Positions 1-7,650 are shown, counted from the first letter of the stretch. The stretch: 10,915 nt of DNA from Candidatus Thorarchaeota archaeon (GCA_011364905.1 RDNZ01000064.1:391-11305), one strand, 5' to 3'. Notes: generated by a model from the letters alone, not told the origin. Numbers and translations: made by a program.

Positions 1-639
1 CGGATACTCAACATGATTCGGAACATCTATCTCTGGCGCAAGAATCAGGCTTATTCCAAGACTGGGAAGATCGCCAATTGTTTCTATGACTGTGGGAGGC
101 TCCTTTCTTGGTGGTCTAAGCTTGATATTGCTTAAGAAAACACGAAGGCGTCTGGACGGGTTCCCGTGTTGGTGAGCTCTAATCATGTTGATATATACAT
201 CATCAATGTCAACATGTTTGAACTCTTTCTTGATAATCTCTTTACCCCCTGCATTTAGTAGTGCAGCCACATTCTCAATGACAAAGACCTTTGGTGTCAG
301 ATCACCAATGATTCGGATGGCATCCAACACTAGCTTTGCTGAACCGGTCCCATAGACTCTCTCCGCTGCTGATCTTTCACTGGTGGGACTGGCCTTGCTA
401 AACTCCTCGCATGGAGGTGATGCGATAATGACATCTGGAGACCCCTTTAGAACCTCCTCAATTTGGATTGAGTGAAGGTCGTGAATGTCAGTCTGCCAGG
501 TCTTAGAATTCGGAAAGTTTAGCTTGTATGTGTCCAGGGCTGAAGCGTCGAAATCTATTGCAAGATGTGTGTCATCAATATAGGGCTCGAATCCGGATGA
601 AAACCCCCCTGCGCCACAGAATAAATCAAGAATCTTCAT
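1..639 (-). CDS. C5-cytosine methyltransferase (Dcm/Dnmt2-like), 3' end truncated by window edge
   Basis: Manual translation from ATG at 639, open to base 1: MKILDLFCGAGGFSSGF (motif I FxGxGG) ... DVIIASPPCEEFS (motif IV, catalytic PC) ... FVIENV (motif VI) ... GNPSRRLRVF (motif VIII RxR). Not in the supplied ORF track because it has no stop in the window. Confidence 0.93.
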   Translation of the reverse strand, partial: MKILDLFCGAGGFSSGFEPYIDDTHLAIDFDASALDTYKLNFPNSKTWQTDIHDLHSIQIEEVLKGSPDVIIASPPCEEFSKASPTSERSAAERVYGTGSAKLVLDAIRIIGDLTPKVFVIENVAALLNAGGKEIIKKEFKHVDIDDVYINMIRAHQHGNPSRRLRVFLSNIKLRPPRKEPPTVIETIGDLPSLGISLILAPEIDVPNHVEYP

Positions 640-762
640 ACACTTCTTCACAATCCATCTTAGCTTCCTTGCACATATCTCTGATTATAACAATGTCGAA
701 GGACAACTTCAAAAGCACCGCTTATCTATGGCGATTTCAAACCGTCCTGTGAGTGTGAGAGA

Positions 763-1704
763 ATGTCATCCGGTTCGGGAAAAGGCAAGACAATTCTGTT
801 TGGAGAACACTTTGTAGTGTATGGACTTCCTGCTCTTGCAGCAGGAATTGCTTCAGAAACTACAGCGAAAATCACACGCGTACGGTCCTTTGGATGGAAA
901 CTTGTCGATGATAGACCTGCTATGCCGGGTTACAAAGAGAAGAAATACGAGGAACAGAAGGTATCAATCGACAAGATGTTAGAACATCTCAACATCGATG
1001 TCACCAAGACAGGGTTTCAAATTGACCTTGGTGGTGACTTAGTATGTGCATCTGGTATTGGAGCAAGTGCAGCAAGCTGCGTTGCAATTGCAAGGGCGTT
1101 GAGTGAGGAGTATTCACTTGGATTGGATGATGAGCAGATTAACGAAACCGCCTACATTGGTGAGATGGGGTATCATGGCACTCCTTCGGGGATTGACAAC
1201 ACAGCTTCAACATATGGTGGGCTCATCTGGTATGTGCGAGATTTGAGTGGTGGTACTCCCAAGTTCGAGAAACTAAAGCTTGGAAAATCAGCAAATCTAG
1301 TCATTGCGTCTACAGGATTGACTGCTAGCACAAAGGTTGTCGTCGGTGATGTAGCGAAAAAGAAAGAGGCAGACCCTGATTGGTTCGATTCTGTATCGGA
1401 AAAGTATGTTCAGCTTGTCAATGCTGCCAGAGAGGCTCTGATTGGTCTGAAATTCAACAAAGTTGGTGAATTAATGAACAAAAATCATACTTTGTTGCAG
1501 GAGTTGACCGTTTCCTGCAAAGAGCTTGACAATCTTGTGGATATTGCTCGTGATAATGGAGCAATTGGTGCTAAGATGACTGGAACAGGCAGAGGCGGAA
1601 ACATCATAGCACTTGCACCTGATGAACCTACAACAAAGAAGATAGCTGAAGCGTTGAAGAAAGGTAGAGCAGCCGGAGTATGGACAACAACATTCGGACT
1701 TTGA
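763..1704 (+). CDS. mvk: Mevalonate kinase (GHMP family)
   Basis: GKTILFGEHFVVYG (motif I), SGIGASAA (ATP loop), HGTPSGIDN (catalytic Asp), GAKMTGTGRGG (motif III); first gene of a mevalonate-pathway cluster. Confidence 0.95.
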   Translation: MSSGSGKGKTILFGEHFVVYGLPALAAGIASETTAKITRVRSFGWKLVDDRPAMPGYKEKKYEEQKVSIDKMLEHLNIDVTKTGFQIDLGGDLVCASGIGASAASCVAIARALSEEYSLGLDDEQINETAYIGEMGYHGTPSGIDNTASTYGGLIWYVRDLSGGTPKFEKLKLGKSANLVIASTGLTASTKVVVGDVAKKKEADPDWFDSVSEKYVQLVNAAREALIGLKFNKVGELMNKNHTLLQELTVSCKELDNLVDIARDNGAIGAKMTGTGRGGNIIALAPDEPTTKKIAEALKKGRAAGVWTTTFGL

Positions 1705-1713
1705 GGTGGTCAT

Positions 1714-3021
1714 ATGATCCTTGAGGATTACATCAAAAAACTGAGAAAGAATGGAAAAATCACAACTGTCAGTAGGAGTATCTCAAAGAATCTTGAGATT
1801 GCTGGAGTCTTGAAAACTCTTGAGCCTGAGCCAGTTTTATTTGAGAATGTAAAGGAGAGCGAGTTCAGGGTAGCAGGCAATCTATTCTGTAACAAGATGC
1901 AGATATCAGACTATTTTGGAATTACGACTGAGCAGATAATTCCGACTCTTGCAAATGCGATAGAGAATCGTAGCAAACCAGAACAGACTGAGAATGCGCC
2001 ATGTCAAGAAGTGATTGAGGAGAAGGTGGACCTTGATAAGATACCTATTCTATTCCATAACAAGGTTGATGGTGGACCCTACATTTCGTCAAGTGTTGTG
2101 GTAGCAGCTGATCCAGAGTATGGACAGAATCTAGATTTTCATAGAGCAATGCAATTCAGCAAGGACAAGATGGTCACTAGAATAGTTAGAGGGAGGGACT
2201 TTCATAAGTTCTTGGAGAGAAATGGGGAAGTAGATGTAGCATTCTGTATTGGTAACACGCCGGAGGTTCTTGTCGCTGCCGCTACCTCCGTTGAAACCGG
2301 AATCAACGAACTTGAGATTGCAAATGCATTGAGCCCAATAAGGGTGACTAAAGCCAAGACCGTGGACCTTATGATTCCTGCAGATTGTGAATTTGTGTTG
2401 GAAGGGAGAGTAGTTCTCGATGAGAAGCACGATGAGGGACCTTTTATCGACCTGACTGAAACTGTGGACGTCGTAAGGCAAGAGCCAATATTTGAAGTCA
2501 AGAAAATAACTCATAGAAAGACTGCGATTTGGCAGGGGCTTTTGCCTGGACGATCAGAACACAAGATTCTGATGGGAATGCCCAGAGAACCAACTGTGTT
2601 CAAGAAGATTAAGGATCGAGGCATTGATGTTCGAGATGTATATCTCACACCAGGTGGGGCTAGCTGGTTACATGTTGCTGTGAAGATAAAGAAGAAGAAT
2701 GATGATGATGGGATCCAAGCTCTGGAGGCGGCATTTGCAGGACATAAGAGTGCAAAACACATCTGGGTCTTTGACGATGACATTGACATTTATTCAGATG
2801 AAGAACGAGAGTGGGCTATGGCCACTCGTTTCCAGGCAGACGTTGATTTGTTGATTAAGGATCCAGAGCCTGGGAGTTCTCTCGACCCAAGCGCAGAACC
2901 TGGTACCAAGATGACCACAAAATGTGGCTTTGACTGCACCAAAGTCCTTGATTCTAAGGGAAAGAGCTTCAGTAAGGCAAAGTTTCCAGAGGTTGATCTG
3001 AAGAAATTTCTGGGTGATTAA
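1714..3021 (+). CDS. UbiD-family prFMN-dependent decarboxylase; probable trans-anhydromevalonate 5-phosphate decarboxylase
   Basis: UbiD hallmarks DGGPYI, FHR, IPADCEFVLEG, DEGPFIDLT, VFDDDIDI, WAMATRFQAD, GSSLDPS. SD GAGGTGG overlaps the mvk stop. Substrate is inferred from its position between mvk and the AcnX subunits. Confidence 0.88.
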   Translation: MILEDYIKKLRKNGKITTVSRSISKNLEIAGVLKTLEPEPVLFENVKESEFRVAGNLFCNKMQISDYFGITTEQIIPTLANAIENRSKPEQTENAPCQEVIEEKVDLDKIPILFHNKVDGGPYISSSVVVAADPEYGQNLDFHRAMQFSKDKMVTRIVRGRDFHKFLERNGEVDVAFCIGNTPEVLVAAATSVETGINELEIANALSPIRVTKAKTVDLMIPADCEFVLEGRVVLDEKHDEGPFIDLTETVDVVRQEPIFEVKKITHRKTAIWQGLLPGRSEHKILMGMPREPTVFKKIKDRGIDVRDVYLTPGGASWLHVAVKIKKKNDDDGIQALEAAFAGHKSAKHIWVFDDDIDIYSDEEREWAMATRFQADVDLLIKDPEPGSSLDPSAEPGTKMTTKCGFDCTKVLDSKGKSFSKAKFPEVDLKKFLGD

Positions 3022-3022
3022 G

Positions 3023-4210
3023 ATGGGGTTAGAACTGACCAAAGAAGAGAGAGAGATGCTTGGTGGCAAGCATGGGAAAGCCACGAGGAAGGCGATGGAG
3101 ATAATCACCACTCTCGGCGAGATCTATGGTGCTGAAAGACTCATTCCTGTTTCAAGTGTACAGATTGCTGGAGTGTCATATCACAACTTGGGAGAGGCTG
3201 GTCTAGAGTATTTATCCGAAATGGCAGAGGACGGTCACGCTCGCGTATTGACCACCCTAAATCCTGCGGGCATGGATTTGGATGAGTGGAAGAAACATGG
3301 AATCAGCGAGGATTTTGCTTTAAACCAGCAGAGAGTAGTAGATGCCTTCGAGAAGATGGGCGTGATCACGACCTGTACATGCACTCCATATTTGATTGGT
3401 AATCTTCCGCACTATGGTGAACATATTGCGTGGGCCGAGTCTTCTGCTGTTTGTTTTGCAAATTCTGTGATTGGAGCACTGACTAACAGAGAGGGGGGCC
3501 CTAGCGCACTTGCTTCAGCCTTGACTGGAAGGACTGCAGAGTATGGTCTGCATCTTAAAGAAAATCGAGCGGCACAGGTGAAATATGAAGTCAAGACAAA
3601 GTTGAATCAAACAGATGATTTTGGTCTACTTGGTCATATTATAGGTGAAAGAACTGGAAAGACAATTCCATACATCACCGGTGTTAGCCACGCGACGACC
3701 GAGCAGTTGAAGTCATTCAGTGCGTCAGTGGCAACTTATGGTGGTGTAGCAATCTTCCATATGGAAGGAATCACTCCAAATAGAACCACAGTCCCAGAGA
3801 AGACGGAGGTCATTGCAGGGGAAGACTTGGACAAAGCACGGGCTACACTAGATGATGAAGGTGCAGAAATTGATTTCATTAGTGTTGGGTGTCCGCACGC
3901 TAGCATCAAGGAGATTGCCACAATAGCAAAGATGCTTGAAGGCAAACAGGTGACAGAGGGAAAAACTGTCTGGATCACAACAGCAAAACCTACCAAGGAC
4001 CTTGCAATAAAAATGGGGTTCTATGATACGATTGAGAAGGCAGGAGCATTCCTCGTTGCTGATGCGTGTTGTGCGGTAGCTCCTCTAAAGGGACGATTCA
4101 CGGGACTGATGACTGATTCAGCAAAAGCTTGTTTCTATGCCCGAGGAAAGAATAAGTTCAAGACAGAGATACGGACAGTCGAAGAGTGTCTCAAGGAGGC
4201 AGTGTCCTAA
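3023..4210 (+). CDS. Aconitase X catalytic subunit; probable phosphomevalonate dehydratase large subunit
   Basis: QIAGVSYHNLG, TTLNPAG, TCTCTPY, WAESSAV, TNREGGPSALASAL, GCPH, DACC (Fe-S cysteines). ATG 3023 follows SD GGGTGA; GTG 3014 is the alternative start. Confidence 0.88.
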   Translation: MGLELTKEEREMLGGKHGKATRKAMEIITTLGEIYGAERLIPVSSVQIAGVSYHNLGEAGLEYLSEMAEDGHARVLTTLNPAGMDLDEWKKHGISEDFALNQQRVVDAFEKMGVITTCTCTPYLIGNLPHYGEHIAWAESSAVCFANSVIGALTNREGGPSALASALTGRTAEYGLHLKENRAAQVKYEVKTKLNQTDDFGLLGHIIGERTGKTIPYITGVSHATTEQLKSFSASVATYGGVAIFHMEGITPNRTTVPEKTEVIAGEDLDKARATLDDEGAEIDFISVGCPHASIKEIATIAKMLEGKQVTEGKTVWITTAKPTKDLAIKMGFYDTIEKAGAFLVADACCAVAPLKGRFTGLMTDSAKACFYARGKNKFKTEIRTVEECLKEAVS

Positions 4211-4596
4211 TGCAAGGGAGGAAAATCTTCAAGGGAAAAGTTTCTGGAGAAGCGTTAGTGACAGGGGAGGATATTTCCTTCTATGGAGGATGCGACCCCG
4301 AAACTGGAGAGATTGTTGAGAAGGGACATCATCTTGAAGGAAAATCCGTTTCTGGAAAAATACTTGTATTCCCCACTGGAAAAGGGTCCACTGTGGGCTC
4401 TTACGTGCTTTACGCACTGAAGAAAGCAGAGAAAGCTCCACTGGCTATAATCAATAGAACAACGGATCCAGTTGTCGCTGTAGGCTGCATCATTTCTGAG
4501 ATACCTGCCATCGACCAGATTGAGATTGAAAAGATCAAAAATGGGCAGAAATTGGAAGTTGACGCCGATAATGGCGTCGTTTCCATAATTGAGTAG
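4210..4596 (+). CDS. Aconitase X swiveling-domain subunit (DUF126); probable phosphomevalonate dehydratase small subunit
   Basis: ISFYGGCDPETG, GKILVFPTGKGSTVGSYVL (catalytic Ser region), APLAII. ATG 4210 overlaps the upstream stop (TAATG) and follows GGAGG. Confidence 0.88.
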   Translation: MQGRKIFKGKVSGEALVTGEDISFYGGCDPETGEIVEKGHHLEGKSVSGKILVFPTGKGSTVGSYVLYALKKAEKAPLAIINRTTDPVVAVGCIISEIPAIDQIEIEKIKNGQKLEVDADNGVVSIIE

Positions 4597-4599
4597 GAA

Positions 4600-5235
4600 T
4601 TAGAACCGCTGGACCTGTGGCTCAAAGTCCTCAGGACTAAAGGCGGTTTCGCCATCCTCTGGCATGTCGCCTCTCTCTCGGAGGGTCTGTGATGTTAAGA
4701 GGTAGTAGACCAAGGCTAGTGATTTCCGACCACGATTGTTAGTAGGAATCACAAGGTCCACGTTTGTGGTCACATTGTCAGTGTCGCAGAGTGCGACCAC
4801 TGGAATACCAATCTTGGCCGCTTCCGAGAGCGCTTGTTGATCAGTCCTTGGGTCTGTGAGGATAACCACATCAGGTTCTATGTAGGTTCTTGGACCTGCT
4901 ATGTTTGGATTGGTGAGTGTACCTGGCACAAAGCGCTCTGTGAACGCGTTAGCCCCAATATAGTAAGCGAATGTTTCTACTGGCTTTTTACCATATACTC
5001 TCCCTGATACTATCACTATTTTGGATGCATCAAAACGGGCAAGGAACTTTGCTGCCACTCGAATCCGTTCATCGGTTTTCCGCACATCGAGGACGTAGAG
5101 ACCAATTGGTCGCTGGCGATAGACAAAGGGCTCCATGTCTTGTGTCTTGACCTGGGTCCCGATATGACAGCCTGCGGCGAGGTATTTGTCCATTGGGGTC
5201 AAGAGATCGAGATCTGTGACTTCTATCTCGCTCAT
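4600..5235 (-). CDS. rps2: 30S ribosomal protein S2 (uS2)
   Basis: [52 protein letters not shown]. True start is likely MSEIEV at 5235 (SD GGAGGT); the longer ORF overlaps rpoN. Confidence 0.97.
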   Translation of the reverse strand: MSEIEVTDLDLLTPMDKYLAAGCHIGTQVKTQDMEPFVYRQRPIGLYVLDVRKTDERIRVAAKFLARFDASKIVIVSGRVYGKKPVETFAYYIGANAFTERFVPGTLTNPNIAGPRTYIEPDVVILTDPRTDQQALSEAAKIGIPVVALCDTDNVTTNVDLVIPTNNRGRKSLALVYYLLTSQTLRERGDMPEDGETAFSPEDFEPQVQRF

Positions 5236-5236
5236 T

Positions 5237-5452
5237 CTACTTGACCTCCGCAGTTTCAGTTGTGGCAAATGCCATGAAGCTGTCAATAATGTCAATGTGC
5301 GCAAGTAGCATCCTACGACAGCAATATCGAGTTAGTCCAAGGTTGTCAAGTACAACTGCAGGATCTTCTCCCTGTCTGACTTCTCGTTTGAACTGTTCAA
5401 ACTTGTCTGCAACTACTTTTCCGCAAGTAAAACATCGTACGGGTATAATCAT
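5237..5452 (-). CDS. rpoN: DNA-directed RNA polymerase subunit N (Rpo10)
   Basis: [12 protein letters not shown] ... [16 protein letters not shown] zinc-binding signature of Rpo10/RPB10. Confidence 0.97.
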   Translation of the reverse strand: MIIPVRCFTCGKVVADKFEQFKREVRQGEDPAVVLDNLGLTRYCCRRMLLAHIDIIDSFMAFATTETAEVK

Positions 5453-5464
5453 TTTATTGTCGCC

Positions 5465-5863
5465 TCACCTGTATGATTTTTGATAGCGTGAACGTGCCGA
5501 AGGGCCACCGAATTTCTTTGGCTCTGTACGTCGTGGGTCTCCGACCAGCATGGTTCTGTCATGTTCAATCATCTTTGAGCGTGCCTCAAAGTCCTGGCTC
5601 ATCTGAAACAGACCTGTTGCAATTGCCATTCTTACAGCATCAGCCTGACTCATGAAACCTCCACCCTGAGTACGGACTTTGATGTCATATCTCTTCCAGC
5701 CTTCTCCAAAAAGCACCAAAGGCTCCATTATTCGCATGCGAGCAAGCTCTGGTTGTAGTACCTCAAGAGGCTGTCCGTTGATTCTTATTCGCCCATTTCC
5801 ATCTCTCACTGTGGCCTTTGCCAAGCTGGTCTTTCTCTTACCTGTAGTAACTACAACTCTCAT
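5465..5863 (-). CDS. rps9: 30S ribosomal protein S9 (uS9)
   Basis: GKRKTSLA, GNGRIRING, GGGFMSQADAVR, DPRRTEPKKFGGPSARSRYQKSYR. Confidence 0.97.
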   Translation of the reverse strand: MRVVVTTGKRKTSLAKATVRDGNGRIRINGQPLEVLQPELARMRIMEPLVLFGEGWKRYDIKVRTQGGGFMSQADAVRMAIATGLFQMSQDFEARSKMIEHDRTMLVGDPRRTEPKKFGGPSARSRYQKSYR

Positions 5864-5864
5864 T

Positions 5865-6317
5865 CTATGCTACCTCCGGGTTTCTCCAACCAAGCTCATG
5901 ACTAAGATCTCCCACCGTGATGAACTTCTGCTTCAGGCTACTGTACTTTGCACCATCAAGGACTATCTTTTCTGAGTCTGCATATTGCTTGGGAACCCCA
6001 ATGTAGACCTTGATACGTTTGTATGCTGCCTTTCCTTTTGGAGTTGGCCATGGAAGCATCCCACGAAGCATCTTTCGAACCATCTTATCAGGACGGCGCT
6101 CATGGAATGGTCCTTTTCGTGGGTTATAGGAGGTCCGAATATTATGCTTCTCCTTGAAGGCATTAATTACACTTCTGCGATTGCCTGTGATTATGGCTTT
6201 CTCTGCATTGACTATTACGACATTGTCGCCAAGTATTGCAGCCTTTGCGGCCTTTGCGCCTAGTCGACCAACCACCATGTTCTCAGCATCATAGACTTTG
6301 ACTTTCTCTGTACTCAT
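5865..6317 (-). CDS. rpl13: 50S ribosomal protein L13 (uL13)
   Basis: DAENMVVGRL, VVIVNAEKAIITG, KGPFHERRPD, RGMLP, IKVYIGVP. ATG 6317 follows SD AGGTGG. Confidence 0.96.
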   Translation of the reverse strand: MSTEKVKVYDAENMVVGRLGAKAAKAAILGDNVVIVNAEKAIITGNRRSVINAFKEKHNIRTSYNPRKGPFHERRPDKMVRKMLRGMLPWPTPKGKAAYKRIKVYIGVPKQYADSEKIVLDGAKYSSLKQKFITVGDLSHELGWRNPEVA

Positions 6318-6326
6318 CGCAACCAC

Positions 6327-6698
6327 CTACAGTATGATTGTTACTCCCTTTCCCTTTGGAATCTGAGTGAGTAACTCATTGATTGATATTAATGAACCAC
6401 CAGCCCCAATGATTACAGTTCTTGCAGAAGTGGATGCGTTGAGCGCAGCTACTGTCACCTTATGAGAGAGACTGCCGGATCCTAGTACTTTTCCTGGCAC
6501 TACAATAATATCTCCTGCTCTGGTATGGCGGTTGATTTTTCCTACATTTACTGTAGCACGTTTACGAGCAGGTCTGGCGATAAGTTCCGCAACCCGCTTC
6601 CAGATTCCCACATTATGCTTCGCAGATGTCTTTTGCAGCGCATTAATGAGTGCGCGTGTGTTGGGGTCAGTGGGTCCAGATTTAATCGATCGTTCCAT
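6327..6698 (-). CDS. rpl18e: 50S ribosomal protein L18e (eL18)
   Basis: IWKRVAELI, ATVNVGKINR, IIVVPGKVLGSG, VTVAA; position between rpoD and rpl13. ATG 6698 follows SD GAGGTG. Confidence 0.95.
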   Translation of the reverse strand: MERSIKSGPTDPNTRALINALQKTSAKHNVGIWKRVAELIARPARKRATVNVGKINRHTRAGDIIVVPGKVLGSGSLSHKVTVAALNASTSARTVIIGAGGSLISINELLTQIPKGKGVTIIL

Positions 6699-6709
6699 CT
6701 TATTACACC

Positions 6710-7510
6710 TCATAGTGAATTTGCGTAGTCAAGAGCCATCCTGATTCTCTCTTTCAGTAACTCAGAAGATTTCACAACAATCTCTTCAGGACTAAGTGCA
6801 CCCGTCGATTCCACCTTGAACAAAAAGGCGTCTTTCTTGGATTCTATTGTTATTGCGCCAGGCTCACAGACTTCAACGCATGCCTCACAGAGGCTACAGT
6901 CCAGAGTGTTTTGTGTTGAAATTGTATCACCATCGACTAGTAAGATGTTCTTAGGACAGACATCAACACAGTCTCCGCACTGGTTGCATTTTTCCTTGTT
7001 TACTTCAACAATGGGTACATACTTGTATGAAACAGTTGATACTGGCTGAAACTTAGCATTCTCTACGCCCTTACCAAGTCGGGCATAGGCCTCAATGATT
7101 AAGCGTTGGTTTGGAGCCAGTTTTACAAGGGGTATGTCTCCTGATGCTGGAACTACCTTCGGGTCCTGTGAGGTCAGGTCGCGTGAGTAGATTATTTTCT
7201 CTTCATCACCTGTTTCTTCCTCTAGAGTAAGTGTGCATTGGCAAAGACTGCATCCTTTACCCTCGCAATCACAATCCTCAGGTAAATTGTAGCTCTCCAG
7301 ATCAGTCACCAGAGGTATTAGACCTAGTCTGTGTGCAAGCATCTCATCATACATGACACTCGTATTCTCAAGAACAAGCACCTCATCTATTGCCATTGAT
7401 GGCAATCTGGTAAGCATGGTTCTGCGTAATGCATTTGCAAACGCAACATCCACTCCTTCCACGAGAAAGTGAATGATGTTGTCCTGTTTGTGGATTATCG
7501 TGATCTCCAT
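6710..7510 (-). CDS. rpoD: DNA-directed RNA polymerase subunit D (Rpo3) with ferredoxin-like insert
   Basis: FANALRRTM, ENTSVMYDEMLAHRLGLIPL, IPLVKL, AKFQP, FKVESTGAL; CxxCxxCxxxC twice; SD AGGTGA. Confidence 0.97.
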   Translation of the reverse strand: MEITIIHKQDNIIHFLVEGVDVAFANALRRTMLTRLPSMAIDEVLVLENTSVMYDEMLAHRLGLIPLVTDLESYNLPEDCDCEGKGCSLCQCTLTLEEETGDEEKIIYSRDLTSQDPKVVPASGDIPLVKLAPNQRLIIEAYARLGKGVENAKFQPVSTVSYKYVPIVEVNKEKCNQCGDCVDVCPKNILLVDGDTISTQNTLDCSLCEACVEVCEPGAITIESKKDAFLFKVESTGALSPEEIVVKSSELLKERIRMALDYANSL

Positions 7511-7620
7511 TTACTCACCTGACCGGTATTTTCAGTCCATACCCAAAAGACATTCATTCCCGGACGGACTCGCCATGAAACCTGATGTGGTCAAATGGCT
7601 CTCTCGCCCATGCCCTGGGT
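7511..7620 (-). promoter_or_regulatory. Putative structured 5' leader of the rpoD-rps2 operon
   Basis: Nested pairings on the minus strand: ACCCAGGGCAT/ATGTCTTTTGGGT, GGGC/GTCC, GCCAT/ATGGC, GACC/GGTT. The element begins ~25 nt after a TTTTATG TATA-like box. Confidence 0.55.
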
Positions 7621-7642
7621 GTCTTGGCCTGTTTTCCCTAAA

Positions 7643-7650
7643 CATAAAAG
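7643..7650 (-). promoter_or_regulatory. TATA-like box for the rpoD operon
   Basis: CTTTTATG on the minus strand; implies a TSS near 7620. Confidence 0.5.

Noticed and set aside
528-752. 74-aa plus-strand ORF
   Set aside because: Antisense to the methyltransferase start and spans the divergent promoter region; no recognisable motifs.
1702-1716. mvk TGA is in frame with the ubiD ATG (TGA GGT GGT CAT ATG), suggesting Sec or readthrough fusion; similar in-frame junctions at rpl18e/rpl13 and rps9/rpoN
   Set aside because: The spacer is explained by a stop-overlapping SD, in-frame spacing occurs one time in three by chance, the position is not catalytic, and no SECIS-like element was seen.
3023-4596. 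AcnX as cis-3-hydroxy-L-proline dehydratase
   Set aside because: Split two-subunit form in an operon with mvk and ubiD, and no proline racemase or transporter context; PMDh fits better.
1471-4655. Multiple minus-strand ORFs of 60-127 aa and the plus-strand ORF 4137-4319 within the MVA operon
   Set aside because: Shadow frames of well-supported genes; no motifs.
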